A DNA stretch of 33,852 nt from Sedimentisphaeraceae bacterium JB056 (GTDB taxonomy: Bacteria; Planctomycetota; Phycisphaerae; Sedimentisphaerales; Sedimentisphaeraceae): positions 1 to 33,852 of the forward strand of contig JBITAJ010000020.1 in assembly GCA_044440125.1 (NCBI GenBank), in the 5' to 3' direction. Below the pieces are notes generated by a model that did not search any database, was not told the DNA's origin, and worked only from the letters and a program-made list of their open reading frames with translations. The position numbers and the translations under genes were made by a program. This document shows, one piece after another, positions 8,237 to 18,541 of the stretch; position 1 is the stretch's first letter; each line of letters begins with the position of its first letter.

Positions 8237-11200
8237 TATTTGAGTATTGCCCGTAATTTTGCCAGCAGGGTGGTTGGCTCAAAATGTGCGGCTGATAGTT
8301 TCAGGTGCAGCGTGTTAGGGTCTGGTATTGTTATCTTTGAAGATACCTTAGCAAATATATCTGCGGCCTTGCTGACATTGCTTCTGCCTTTTGATTTTTG
8401 CGGCGGGAATGAGAATACAAGGTCGTTGCCTACGGCGTTTATCGCACGTATCGAATATTTTGCCGCACGCACACGGATATCGGCTGTATCAAGCAGCAGA
8501 ATCACTTCCTGCGGTACCTTGCCGAAAAGGTCTTTGAGTTCGGCTTCCAGATTCTTTAGGTCCTTTGTTGTTGAAGCTGCGGAGATTTTGCGATATACCG
8601 CCATTCTCTGCCTGTCACTGCTTATATAGCTCTTGGGGATATGGCTTGTAAAGCCGAGGTTTAGCACTGTCTGAGGTTTCATGTCTATCGGCTCATTCTT
8701 AAGCCTCTTGACCGCATCAGATAGCAGTTTGCAATACAGCTCGTATCCCACCAAATCTATATGCCCCGACTGCTCGGCTCCAAGTATGTTTCCTGCTCCG
8801 CGTATCTCAAGGTCGCGAAGTGCTATCTTGAAACCGGCGCCAAGCTGTGAGAATTCCTCTATTGCTTTGAGCCTTCTTGCCGCTATCGGTTTTATAGGTC
8901 TATCCGGCGGCAGGAGAAGTTGGGCATACGCTCGGTACTTATACCTGCCTACGCGTCCTCTAAGCTGGTGCAGTTGGGCAAGACCAAACTTATCGGCATG
9001 ATCTATTACGATAGTGTTTGCTGAAGGAATATCAAGTCCTGATTCTATTATTGTAGTGCATACAAGAATGTCCGTTTTTCTGGTGACGAAATCTATCATG
9101 GCCTTTTCAAGCTGATGTTTGGCCATTTGACCGTGGGCGACCTTTATCCCCGCATCAGGGAACATTGCACGCAAGTCGTTTGCCGTTCTTTCTATTGATT
9201 TAACCCTATTGTGCAGGAAGAACACCTGACCTTCGCGTCTAAGCTCACGATTAATCACCGATCGAATTAAGTCATCGCTATGACGATTGACGCTTGTTGC
9301 AACACTCCGCCTGTCAAGCGGGGGAGTGCTTAGCGTTGTTATGTCACGCAGTCCGAGCAACGAAAGGTGCAGTGTACGTGGTATCGGGGTTGCGGTTAGC
9401 GTGAGCACATCCACATTTACACGCATCATTTTGAGTTTCTCTTTATGGGCCACGCCAAAGCGTTGTTCCTCATCAATAATCAATAACCCAAGGTCTTTGA
9501 AGCCTACATCTTTGCTCAAAAGCCGGTGGGTACCTATGAGTATGTCAACTCTTCCGTTCTTTGCTCCTTCGAGTATTTTGGCGGCCTGCGAGCTGCTTTT
9601 GAAGCGGTTCAGCGTTTCTATATTAACCGGGAAATCGGCGAGTCTCTCGGCAAAGGTTCTGCCGTGTTGAACGCAGAGAACTGTTGTTGGTACGAGCATC
9701 GCTACCTGTTTACCTGATTGTACGGCCTTGAAAGCCGCACGCATTGCTATTTCTGTCTTGCCGTAACCGACATCGCCGCAAAGCAGCATATCCATCGGCC
9801 TTGAAGACTGCATGTCTTTTTTGATTCTCTCGACTGCTGTCAGTTGGTCTGGTGTTTCCTGATATGGAAATGAACTTTCAAAATCAATCTGCCATTGGCT
9901 GTCCGGATCGAACTGTATGCCCTTTGTCTGCTGTCTTTTGGCCTGAAGCTCAAGAAGCTCCACAGCCATATCTTCAACGGAGTCTTCAACTTTCTGCTTT
10001 TGGTTTTGCCATTTTTTACCGCCAAGCTTATTGAGCTTGGGTTTTAGCGGAGTAGTGCCGACATATTTATGTACAAGGTCAATCGAACTTACCGGCACGT
10101 GTATTCTTGCGTTATCGGCAAACTCTATTGTCAGATATTCGCTTATCTGCTCATCTTTCTCAATTGTTGTTATGCCTTCAAAACGTCCAATACCATGAGC
10201 TATATGAACTACGTAATCTCCCTTGGCAAGGTCTAGGAAATTATCAATTGGAGCGGCCGGTTTGAGAGAACGAGTTCGTCGGATGAGGCTGTCCTGACCG
10301 AATATCTCATGGTGGCTTATGACGATGGTTTTGAGCGTGGTTATCTCGAAACCGCCGCTTATCATCGAATTTATAAGCTTGATGTTTCTTGGAAATTTAC
10401 CCGTTTCCTTTGTGACGATCTCTCTTACACGATTCTTGTTTCCCTCGTTTTCGCAGAAGAGCAACACTTTCTTGCCGTTCTTGGCTTCTTTGGCAAGGTC
10501 CATAAGTGCCTGCTTGTGTCCGCTCCACAGACTGCCGCTTTTGCAGGTGTAAGCTTCAACGGATGTCACTGGAACCTGATAGTTATTCTGGTTTGACGCA
10601 GAGTTGAACCTGCTTATCTCGATAAGGCCGAATTTGTTGGCGTTTCTGTAAAGCTGGGGCCAGTCAAAAAGCTGAGTATCCTCGCTTACTCTCGAACAGA
10701 ATATCTCGGCTGTCTCCTGTATTATAACAGGCTCGTTGAGCATCACTATTGTATCGGGAGATATTATATCAAAAAGTGAACTTTTGCTTTGGCTGCTTGA
10801 TGAGCCTGAGAAAATTTCGACAACATTGATCTCGTTGAGAGAGTGTTGATTGTCGAGATTTATTAACCTCATGCTCTCTATTGTATCACCGAAGAAGTCT
10901 AATCTGACGGCGACTGCACCTGTTTCGTTTTTACCGTTATTGTGATGAAAGTTGGCTATTGGCGAGAAGATGTCTATGATGCCGCCTCGGCGGGCGAATT
11001 GCCCGGGCATATCAACACATTCCACACGTTCAAAACCTTCTTCAAACAGCCAGCTTTCTACAAGTTCCGGTTCAATGGTCTGGTCTTGAAAGATTTTCAG
11101 TGAGCCTTCATTGCCTTTTTTGAGGTCTATCACGGGTTGAAGAAGTGCTTGAATGGATGCGTTGATCACGAGTGGTTCTTTGCTTGTGGTAATATCGGCG

Positions 11201-11508
11201 AAGGCCTTATATCTCGCAGCGGCGACCTCGTCAAGACATCCACTCAAATCCTGACCGCCATCCCAAGCCGGTATATTTACCGTTTTTGATGCAGAGAAAG
11301 ATACCATGTCTTCATAAGCCCTGTCGGCATCTTCAATATGAGGACTTATAACGAGCAGGTCTCTGCTTGTGTGTTTTGACAAGCAGCAGGCAAGGCAGTT
11401 TGCAAAAGATGCCCAATTGCCGCCGATACTTATTCGGCTGCGAAAGGTCTTATCGGCGAATCGGCTGATTATATCCGATATTGTTTTGTCTTTCTGCAGT
11501 TCAAGCAT
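8236..11508 (-). CDS. mfd: transcription-repair coupling factor
   Basis: UvrB-like FARRGGIIDIF, CarD/RID GDYVVHIAHGIGRF, CGDVGYGKTE, IIDEEQRFGV, TATPIPRTL, QLRGRVGR, DLEIRGAGNILG, C-terminal TRCF domain. Confidence 0.99.
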   Translation of the reverse strand: MLELQKDKTISDIISRFADKTFRSRISIGGNWASFANCLACCLSKHTSRDLLVISPHIEDADRAYEDMVSFSASKTVNIPAWDGGQDLSGCLDEVAAARYKAFADITTSKEPLVINASIQALLQPVIDLKKGNEGSLKIFQDQTIEPELVESWLFEEGFERVECVDMPGQFARRGGIIDIFSPIANFHHNNGKNETGAVAVRLDFFGDTIESMRLINLDNQHSLNEINVVEIFSGSSSSQSKSSLFDIISPDTIVMLNEPVIIQETAEIFCSRVSEDTQLFDWPQLYRNANKFGLIEISRFNSASNQNNYQVPVTSVEAYTCKSGSLWSGHKQALMDLAKEAKNGKKVLLFCENEGNKNRVREIVTKETGKFPRNIKLINSMISGGFEITTLKTIVISHHEIFGQDSLIRRTRSLKPAAPIDNFLDLAKGDYVVHIAHGIGRFEGITTIEKDEQISEYLTIEFADNARIHVPVSSIDLVHKYVGTTPLKPKLNKLGGKKWQNQKQKVEDSVEDMAVELLELQAKRQQTKGIQFDPDSQWQIDFESSFPYQETPDQLTAVERIKKDMQSSRPMDMLLCGDVGYGKTEIAMRAAFKAVQSGKQVAMLVPTTVLCVQHGRTFAERLADFPVNIETLNRFKSSSQAAKILEGAKNGRVDILIGTHRLLSKDVGFKDLGLLIIDEEQRFGVAHKEKLKMMRVNVDVLTLTATPIPRTLHLSLLGLRDITTLSTPPLDRRSVATSVNRHSDDLIRSVINRELRREGQVFFLHNRVKSIERTANDLRAMFPDAGIKVAHGQMAKHQLEKAMIDFVTRKTDILVCTTIIESGLDIPSANTIVIDHADKFGLAQLHQLRGRVGRYKYRAYAQLLLPPDRPIKPIAARRLKAIEEFSQLGAGFKIALRDLEIRGAGNILGAEQSGHIDLVGYELYCKLLSDAVKRLKNEPIDMKPQTVLNLGFTSHIPKSYISSDRQRMAVYRKISAASTTKDLKNLEAELKDLFGKVPQEVILLLDTADIRVRAAKYSIRAINAVGNDLVFSFPPQKSKGRSNVSKAADIFAKVSSKITIPDPNTLHLKLSAAHFEPTTLLAKLRAILK

Positions 11509-11556
11509 ACAAATTCTCTACGATCTGGCAGAAGCAAATTTGGGCATCTGCTGTGA

Positions 11557-12831
11557 TCATTCATGGCGAAGAGATTCTATCGGATCCATATTTGCCGCCC
11601 GGTAGGCCGGGTAGATACCGAATGTCACGCCTATGATTGCTGATATTCCAAACGCCAGTATCAATGCGGCCGGCTTGATTATTGTCGGCATGTTGCCAAA
11701 GTGGGTAACAAAAAGAGGGATTATCAATCCGAGAATGATACCAAGAAGTCCGCCGGTCAATGTAAGCATTACTGTTTCCGATAGGAATTGCACAACGATG
11801 TCGTGTTTTTTGGCTCCCAAAGCACGCCTTATGCCAATTTCTCTTGTTCGCTCGCTTACAGTCGCCAGCATGATATTCATAATTCCAATACCGCCGACAA
11901 TCAACGAAATCGCGGCAATAGAACCGAGAACGATATTGAATATACGCTTGGTTTCTTCTGCTTCTCTGAGCAGCTCAAGAGGAACTATTATCTGGTAGTC
12001 TTCCTTCTTATGGAATCTTTTGAGCAAATCGGCTATTATATTTCGAACAGGCAAAACGTCCTGTATTGATTCTACCTTTACGGTTATGTCTTGAAGCTCT
12101 ACTTTTTCAGAATTTAGACCTGTGCCGCCTATCTGTACTTCTGTTTCTCCGAAACGGGCTTTCGATGTTGTTATAGGCACGTATATTGAACCGGCGAATC
12201 CGCCGCCATTTCCTGAGCCATTAGCGTCGGAAGCAGAATCAGCGGTAGTTGCTATTCCTATCACTTTGTAGTAACTTCCGTTTATCTTGATGTTCTGCTC
12301 AAGAGGGTCATCAAATCCGAATAGCTTCTCGACAACTCCGCTGTCTACGACACAGACAGGTTGAACGTATTCAACATCTATTGGAGCAAGGAATCTTCCT
12401 GCTATTATATTAACAGGGCTCATTTCGGGATACCAGCTTACTGTGCCCACTATCTCTACGGAAACTCTCTTATTTAAATATGAAGACTGTGCATTATTTC
12501 TTCTTACCGGTATTACTATGTCTACATCGGGAATCGTATTTCGGAATCTGTCGGCATCTTCATATCGCAGGCCGTATTCAAGCATTGTCTCCTGAGTGCC
12601 GTCATTTTTTTGGCTGTCAGGAGGTTTTACAGTTTTTATTATGATGTTGCGGCTTCCAAGGCGGGCAATTCTTTCCTGGGCATCTTTACTCGCGCCTTCA
12701 CCTATAGCGAGCATAGAAATAACGCTTGAGACACCGAATATTATACCAAGTGCCGTGAGTACGGACCTTAGTTTGTGCATCCAGAGACTCTTGGCCCCGA
12801 GACTGATGATTCTGGTTATCCTGTAAAACAT
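11557..12831 (-). CDS. MacB/FtsX-family ABC transporter permease
   Basis: Start moved to MFYRITRIISLG. KLRSVLTALGIIFGVSSVISM TM1, large periplasmic domain, GGIGIMNIMLATVSERTREIGIRRALGA, PAYRAANMDPIESLRHE. Confidence 0.93.
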   Translation of the reverse strand: MFYRITRIISLGAKSLWMHKLRSVLTALGIIFGVSSVISMLAIGEGASKDAQERIARLGSRNIIIKTVKPPDSQKNDGTQETMLEYGLRYEDADRFRNTIPDVDIVIPVRRNNAQSSYLNKRVSVEIVGTVSWYPEMSPVNIIAGRFLAPIDVEYVQPVCVVDSGVVEKLFGFDDPLEQNIKINGSYYKVIGIATTADSASDANGSGNGGGFAGSIYVPITTSKARFGETEVQIGGTGLNSEKVELQDITVKVESIQDVLPVRNIIADLLKRFHKKEDYQIIVPLELLREAEETKRIFNIVLGSIAAISLIVGGIGIMNIMLATVSERTREIGIRRALGAKKHDIVVQFLSETVMLTLTGGLLGIILGLIIPLFVTHFGNMPTIIKPAALILAFGISAIIGVTFGIYPAYRAANMDPIESLRHE

Positions 12832-12865
12832 CAATTCGCCTTTCAATTGCTGCCGTTGTTTAGTG

Positions 12866-14353
12866 TCAGTTAAGTTGACTTTCAAGCCGGCTTAACCATA
12901 GCCCGTAAGCTTGCTGGTAAGCTCCTTTTATAGATTCATTGGGTTCTATACTGTCTAATTTCTCAAAGCCCACGTAAGCTTCTTCCGGAGCCTTGTATAA
13001 TCCGCATGCAAGCCCTGCGCCGCGGGCAGCTCCTTGCGAACCGTCAGTGTCATATAATTCAACTTCGGCACCTGTAACCGTTGCGAACGCCTCGGCGAAT
13101 AATGGGCTTAGGAACATATTGGCTTTACCGGCTCTGATCTTGTTGCTTTTGATTCCCATTTCTCTCATTATATCAAGCCCGTAATTTAAGGCAAATACAA
13201 TTCCTTCCTGAGCAGCACGCAATATGTGGGATTTGTCGTGTACGTTGAAGTTTATTCCTATTAATGAAGCTCCAAGATTTTGGTTTGACAGAGTTCTTTC
13301 AGCTCCGTTGCCATAAGGCAGTATTGACAACTCAGCGCTTCCGACAGGGGCCGAGCGAGCTATCTCGTTCATTTCAGGATAGTCTATGCCTGAGGCAATG
13401 TTATGTTTGAGCCAGCTGTTTAGTATGCCGGTGCCGTTAAGACACAGAAGGCCGCCGTATCTTGGGTCTTCTGTGGTATAATTAACATGAGCAAAGGTGT
13501 TGACTCTTGATTGGTGATCATAGGCTGCTTTGTTTCCTATTCCATAGATCACTCCCGATGTTCCGGCTGTAGCTGCTACTTCACCGGGTTCGAGAACTTT
13601 CAGTGAAAAGGCATTGTTGGGTTGGTCACCTGCACGATATGCGACTTTTATACCCTCCTTGAGTCCCATTGCTTTTGCCGCCTGCTTTGTTACGCGGCCG
13701 TGAAGAGAAAACGTGTTTCTTGGTTCGCCAAGCAGTTCAGGACTGATTCCGTAGTAGTCAAGCAGTTCGGAAGCAACACGTTTTTCCTTGAAATTCCACA
13801 TTATACCTTCTGAAAGACCGGAAACGGTTGTTATTATATCGCCAGTCATTTTCATCGCAAGATAGTCGCCGGGAAGCATGACCTTGTATATTTTGTCGTA
13901 AATTTCAGGCTCGTTATCTTTTACCCATTTAAGTTTTGATGCAGTGAAATTGCCCGGGGAGTTCAGGTAATTTGCCAGACAGAAATCTTCTCCAAGTTCT
14001 TTATTAGCTGTATTGCCGATTTCTACTGCACGGCTGTCGCACCATATGATAGATGCTCTTAATGGCTGCAGCTTTTTATCCACTGCCACCAATCCATGCA
14101 TCTGATACGTTATTCCTATTGCTTCAATTTCTGAGGGGTCTAGGCCGCTTTTGCTTATCAGCTCTTTGCTTGCATTGCAAAGATTTTCCCACCACATTTC
14201 CGGGCTCTGCTCGGCCCAGCCCGATTGGACAGATATTATCTCCATTTCTTTAGATGGAGAGGTTGCGCTTACAACAACTTTGCCGCTTTGAGCATCTAAA
14301 AGAGTGGCCTTTATGGAAGATGTACCGGAATCAAATCCTAATAAGTATGACAT
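12866..14353 (-). CDS. xylB: xylulokinase (FGGY carbohydrate kinase)
   Basis: LGFDSGTSSIK, YQMHGLV, IIWCDSR, AGDQPNNA, AGTSG, PYGNGAER motifs. Substrate assigned from family resemblance. Confidence 0.85.
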   Translation of the reverse strand: MSYLLGFDSGTSSIKATLLDAQSGKVVVSATSPSKEMEIISVQSGWAEQSPEMWWENLCNASKELISKSGLDPSEIEAIGITYQMHGLVAVDKKLQPLRASIIWCDSRAVEIGNTANKELGEDFCLANYLNSPGNFTASKLKWVKDNEPEIYDKIYKVMLPGDYLAMKMTGDIITTVSGLSEGIMWNFKEKRVASELLDYYGISPELLGEPRNTFSLHGRVTKQAAKAMGLKEGIKVAYRAGDQPNNAFSLKVLEPGEVAATAGTSGVIYGIGNKAAYDHQSRVNTFAHVNYTTEDPRYGGLLCLNGTGILNSWLKHNIASGIDYPEMNEIARSAPVGSAELSILPYGNGAERTLSNQNLGASLIGINFNVHDKSHILRAAQEGIVFALNYGLDIMREMGIKSNKIRAGKANMFLSPLFAEAFATVTGAEVELYDTDGSQGAARGAGLACGLYKAPEEAYVGFEKLDSIEPNESIKGAYQQAYGLWLSRLESQLN

Positions 14354-14367
14354 AAATATCTCCTAAA

Positions 14368-14402
14368 AAGTTCTAAGTTTTAAGTAATAAGTTTTAAGTT
14401 GC
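14368..14402. repeat. heptamer tandem repeat (AAGTNNT x5)
   Basis: aagttct-aagtttt-aagtaat-aagtttt-aagttgc in the spacer upstream of xylB. Confidence 0.7.
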
Positions 14403-14425
14403 TAAACCGTATTTGACTTACCTAC

Positions 14426-16066
14426 TTAGAACTGATTTTTTAACTGTTCAGTTGCCATTTCACGCAGTTTGAATTTCTGTATCTTTCCACTTGCTGTAAG
14501 TGGAAATTCATTGACTATAAATATATGTTTCGGAGCCTTGTATCTTGCAATCTTTGTTGTTGAGTAGTCTCGGATATCTTCCGGTGTCAGATCACATCCT
14601 TCTTCAATTATAACAAAAGCACCTACTTCTTCGCCGTATTTTTCGTTTGGTACGCCTACTACCTGCACATCACGTATACCTTCCATGGTGTACAGGAATT
14701 CTTCTATCTCACGTGGATAAATATTCTCTCCGCCGCGGATTATCATATCTTTAATTCGGCCCGTTATACGGTAATATCCTTCACTGTCAACGGTGGCGAC
14801 ATCTCCGCTGTGAAGCCATCCGTCTTTGTCTATGGCCTGTTCTGTAGCTTCAGGCATATTGTAGTAGCCTTTCATTACATTGTAGCCGCGGCAACATATT
14901 TCGCCCGGTTCATCGATTCCAACTTCCTGGCCGGTATCGGCGTCTACAATCTTGACTTCGCAGTTCGGCATTTTGGTGCCAACAGTGCTTACACGTTTTT
15001 CTATGCTGTCAGTTACGCTTGTTTGCGTGAATACAGGAGAGGCTTCTGTTAATCCGTAAGCAATTGTTATATCCTTGCAGTTCATTTTGCTTATTACATC
15101 CTTCATTGTTTCAATAGGACATGGTGAGCCTGCCATTATACCGGTACGCAATGATGACATGTCGAACATGTCAAACATCGGATGGTTAAGCTCTGCTATA
15201 AACATTGTAGGAACGCCGTAAATAGCTGTGCATTTTTCTTTGTGTACAGCGGCAAGAGCCAGAAGGGGATCGAAGAGTTCAAGCATTACCAGTGTGCCGC
15301 GATGAGTCAGTGTTGCCAGTACCCCAAGGACGATTCCGAAGCAGTGGAATAATGGAACAGGCAGGCACAGTCTGTCTTCGTGCGTGAATTTTTGGCGATC
15401 ACCGATATAGAAGCCATTGTTCAGGATATTCGTATGGGTTAGCATCACACCTTTGGGAAAGCCTGTCGTTCCGGATGTGTATTGCATATTAACTACATCT
15501 TCACAGTTGAGTGTTGGTCTGATAGCGTCAAGCTCGGAGTTGTCGCTGTGTGACCCCAGAAGCATAAGTTCTGCAGTATTGAACATGCCGCGGTGTTTTT
15601 CCTGGCCTACATAAATCACGCTTTTGAGGTGAGGGAACTTTTCGCTGCACAGATGGCCTCGCTGACAGCTCTTGAGCTCCGGTACCAATTCATAAACAGT
15701 CTGGACGTAATCAACATCACGGAAGCTGTCTACGATTGCCAATGCTTTCATGTCAGACTGTTTGACGACATATTCAAGTTCAAATATCTTATATGCGGTG
15801 TTTACAGTAACCAGTATTGCACCGATTTTTGCTGTCGCATACATGAACGTAAGCCAGTCCGGGACGTTTCTTGCCCATATGCCTACATGGTCACCTTTGC
15901 CTATGCCTATCGCAAGAAGGCCTTTGGCTAAATCGTCAACTCTCTTGTTGAACTGGCCGTAAGTCCATCTTAGGTTGCGGTCTGGGTAAACAATGAATTC
16001 ATGATCGGGGTCTATTGCAACTTGTTTTTCAAAAAAGGAGCCTATAGTATCGTTCGTAAAAAGCAT
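14426..16066 (-). CDS. AMP-binding acyl-CoA synthetase (ACSF2-like)
   Basis: [57 protein letters not shown]. Start probably MLFTND. Confidence 0.93.
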   Translation of the reverse strand: MLFTNDTIGSFFEKQVAIDPDHEFIVYPDRNLRWTYGQFNKRVDDLAKGLLAIGIGKGDHVGIWARNVPDWLTFMYATAKIGAILVTVNTAYKIFELEYVVKQSDMKALAIVDSFRDVDYVQTVYELVPELKSCQRGHLCSEKFPHLKSVIYVGQEKHRGMFNTAELMLLGSHSDNSELDAIRPTLNCEDVVNMQYTSGTTGFPKGVMLTHTNILNNGFYIGDRQKFTHEDRLCLPVPLFHCFGIVLGVLATLTHRGTLVMLELFDPLLALAAVHKEKCTAIYGVPTMFIAELNHPMFDMFDMSSLRTGIMAGSPCPIETMKDVISKMNCKDITIAYGLTEASPVFTQTSVTDSIEKRVSTVGTKMPNCEVKIVDADTGQEVGIDEPGEICCRGYNVMKGYYNMPEATEQAIDKDGWLHSGDVATVDSEGYYRITGRIKDMIIRGGENIYPREIEEFLYTMEGIRDVQVVGVPNEKYGEEVGAFVIIEEGCDLTPEDIRDYSTTKIARYKAPKHIFIVNEFPLTASGKIQKFKLREMATEQLKNQF

Positions 16067-16109
16067 TAGGAAATCCGTAAACAAAACCTGTGAGTGTTAT
16101 AATTTAAAG

Positions 16110-16141
16110 AAAGGTCGGCAATTATTCCATTGCCGACCTTT
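16110..16141 (-). terminator. stem-loop / putative terminator between regulator and acyl-CoA synthetase
   Basis: aaaggtcggcaat-tattcc-attgccgaccttt, 13-bp perfect stem, T-rich tail on the minus strand. Confidence 0.7.
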
Positions 16142-16149
16142 TAGAAATT

Positions 16150-16728
16150 CTAATAAGGGGCGTAAACTACTGCAAGTATCTTAGCTGTTTCGTCTGACGC
16201 AGAATGCAGATTGTGAGGGACGACAGAATCATAATAAATGCTGTCACCAGCCTCAAGCACATGAGCATCTTTGCCGTAGCTTAGTTCTATCTTGCCGCTC
16301 AGGACATATATGAATTCTTCCCCCTCATGTGAAGATAGATTGAACTTGTCACTTTTAGGCGGTTTGACATCAATAAGAAATGGCTCCATATGTCTGTCTT
16401 TTTTTTCTGCCGCCAGAGAGAGAAAATCAAGTTCGCTACCCTCGGAAGGCTTGTTGTCGCCGGCAAACCGTATCATTTTACCAGTAGAGTTTTTCTTCTT
16501 GATGATAGGGCCAGATTGCAGTTGGTCGTCAAGGAAGGTGCCAAGACGAACGCCAAGGCCTCTTGCTATTTTAAGCAGAGGTGTGAGCGAACATGCAAGT
16601 TCACCGGCTTCTAAAGAGTTTATTTGTTCTTCACATATGCCGCTTCTCTCGCTGAGCTGCTGCACGGTGAGTTCTTTTTGCTCACGAAGCTGCTTGAGCT
16701 TTTGAGAAAGTTTACCAGTATCAGTCAT
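16150..16728 (-). CDS. XRE-family HTH transcriptional regulator with C-terminal cupin domain
   Basis: KLKQLREQKELTVQQLSERSG HTH, cupin SSHEGEEFIYVLSG and GDSIYYDSVVPH. Start MTDTGK after GGAG. Confidence 0.92.
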   Translation of the reverse strand: MTDTGKLSQKLKQLREQKELTVQQLSERSGICEEQINSLEAGELACSLTPLLKIARGLGVRLGTFLDDQLQSGPIIKKKNSTGKMIRFAGDNKPSEGSELDFLSLAAEKKDRHMEPFLIDVKPPKSDKFNLSSHEGEEFIYVLSGKIELSYGKDAHVLEAGDSIYYDSVVPHNLHSASDETAKILAVVYAPY

Positions 16729-16738
16729 CGTATCTCCA

Positions 16739-17596
16739 TCAACTATTGGCGTATTCAAAGAATTTCTCTTTGAGTTCTTTACTTATTGGTCCAGGTGTGC
16801 CGTCTCCAATTTTGCGTCCATCAATCTCTACAACACCTATAACTTCTGCCGCTGTTCCTGTGAGGAAAAATTCCTGAGCAGTATAAAGATCGTAGCGTGT
16901 CAGATTCTTTTCGACGACAGTATAACCCTGCTTCTCTGCAAGTTCTATTACCAACTGGCGTGTTATACCTGTCAATGAGCCGCTTTGGACAGGAGGTGTA
17001 TATATCACTTTATCTTTTACGATAAATACGTTATCGCCTGTAGCCTCTGCTACATAACCTTGCTGATTATACATTATTGCTTCAAGTACACCATTGTCAA
17101 TGGCCTCTATCTTTGCAAGGATGTTGTTAAGGTAATTGAGACTCTTAACCTGTGGCGGTACTGACTGAGGAGCATTACGAACGAATGATGAGCTAACGAC
17201 TTTCATTCCTTTTTCGTAAAGTTCTTCAGGGTAGAGCTGGATACCTGCCGCTATTATTACTACCATTGCTTTCTTGCATAGGAACGGGTTAAGTCCCAGT
17301 GTTCCAGCACCACGAGAAACAACAAGCCTTATGTAGCCGTTTGTAAGGCCATTGGCTTCTATTGTTTTTTTCATTGCTTCGCTCATTTCTTCGAGCGTCA
17401 TAGGTATATCAAGCCTTATGAATTTTGCTGATTCATAAAGTCTTACAAGATGTTCTTTTTCCCGAAGTATCTTGCCGTTGTAAAAACGGATACCTTCGAA
17501 AACACCGTCGCCATATAGGAAGCCGTGATCAAAAACTGAAACTTTTGCGTCTTTTTCTTCTACAAGCTCTTCACCGAGCCATATTTTCATCGCCAT
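16739..17596 (-). CDS. ilvE: branched-chain amino acid aminotransferase (PLP class IV)
   Basis: DHGFLYGDGVFEGIR, YIRLVVSRG, VKSLNYLNNILAK (PLP lysine), EATGDNVF, GITR, FLTGTAAE. Confidence 0.95.
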   Translation of the reverse strand: MAMKIWLGEELVEEKDAKVSVFDHGFLYGDGVFEGIRFYNGKILREKEHLVRLYESAKFIRLDIPMTLEEMSEAMKKTIEANGLTNGYIRLVVSRGAGTLGLNPFLCKKAMVVIIAAGIQLYPEELYEKGMKVVSSSFVRNAPQSVPPQVKSLNYLNNILAKIEAIDNGVLEAIMYNQQGYVAEATGDNVFIVKDKVIYTPPVQSGSLTGITRQLVIELAEKQGYTVVEKNLTRYDLYTAQEFFLTGTAAEVIGVVEIDGRKIGDGTPGPISKELKEKFFEYANS

Positions 17597-17856
17597 ATTA
17601 TTAAACTCCGTATTTTATTATAATCAAGATATTAGGGATTCTTATTGTCCTCAATAATCTTTTCGCAAAATATCAATAATACTATGAATTTTACAGTCAA
17701 TTAAAGATATCAATATTGAGATTAAAGTCAAAGAATTTTCGACTCCGAACCCGTTTATATGTGCAAAATATGACGAATTGTTAAGAACTGAACATAGCTG
17801 AGTAGAATATAGAAAATTTGTGTGAAAAAAAATGAAGTCATAAAATTATTATTTTC

Positions 17857-17885
17857 TTGACGATCTGCCTACCTACTGGTAGAAT
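17857..17885 (+). promoter_or_regulatory. sigma70 promoter of tetR with overlapping operator-like palindrome
   Basis: TTGACG (17857-17862), 17 bp, TAGAAT (17880-17885) with extended TG. CTACC-tact-GGTAG at 17869-17882 overlaps the -10. Confidence 0.8.
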
Positions 17886-17895
17886 GAGTAGCTGT

Positions 17896-18465
17896 ATGGG
17901 AAAGATAGATACTAAGACAGCATTGCTTAATTGTGCACAGGATTTGGTTCAGAAAGTCGGCGTCAACGCCATGAGCTATAACGATCTTAGTGAAGCGGTA
18001 GGTATTCGCAAGGCGAGTATCCATTACCATTTTCCCAAGAAAGACGACTTAATTGAAGCTCTTCAGCAAAAATGTATGGTTGAATACTGTGAGCGTTATA
18101 TGATAGTAGTTGACAGTGATTTAAGTGCACCGGATAAGTTGCGAAAGTTGACAGACATATATATTAATACATTAAATGGTAGAAAATTATGTCTTGTAGC
18201 GATGCTTAGTGCTGAATATGAAACATTAAGCGACAGACTTCGTGAGTTGATGGAGCAATCGGTTATAACAACAACACGTATATACGAGAAGATATTTATA
18301 AAAGGAATTGCCGATGGTGAGCTTTTGTCTTGCGATGATACTTTTGATGCGGCGTATGCATTTTTTAGTTTTCTAATGGGAGGGCATATAATTGCACGCT
18401 GCAGTGGTGGAGAAAAGGCTTTGAGAAGGGCCTCGGAAATTTATATAAATAAACTTACAGCTTAA
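17896..18465 (+). CDS. TetR/AcrR-family (NemR-like) transcriptional regulator
   Basis: TKTALLNCAQDLVQKVGVNAMSYNDLSEAVGIRKASIHYHFPKKDDL HTH, several cysteines including GRKLCL. Start moved to MGKIDTK. Confidence 0.93.
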   Translation: MGKIDTKTALLNCAQDLVQKVGVNAMSYNDLSEAVGIRKASIHYHFPKKDDLIEALQQKCMVEYCERYMIVVDSDLSAPDKLRKLTDIYINTLNGRKLCLVAMLSAEYETLSDRLRELMEQSVITTTRIYEKIFIKGIADGELLSCDDTFDAAYAFFSFLMGGHIIARCSGGEKALRRASEIYINKLTA

Positions 18466-18510
18466 TAGGGTTTTAAGCTGTTTAATCAAATTGCAGTTTA
18501 AATAGAAATT

Positions 18511-18528
18511 CTACCTGTTAGCAGGTAG
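18511..18528. promoter_or_regulatory. putative TetR operator
   Basis: CTACCTG-ttag-CAGGTAG palindrome just upstream of the first flavoprotein gene; resembles 17869-17886. Confidence 0.7.
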
Positions 18529-18541
18529 GGAAGGGCGTGAA

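Noticed and set aside
8022..8282. 86-aa minus-strand ORF resembling the ArgJ extension
   Set aside because: The similarity is explained by the DNA repeat; it overlaps both neighbours, so it is unlikely to be a real protein
6330..11508. Gabija, retron or Septu/PARIS call for the OLD gene
   Set aside because: No UvrD helicase, reverse transcriptase or HNH partner; the neighbouring helicase-like gene is convergent housekeeping mfd
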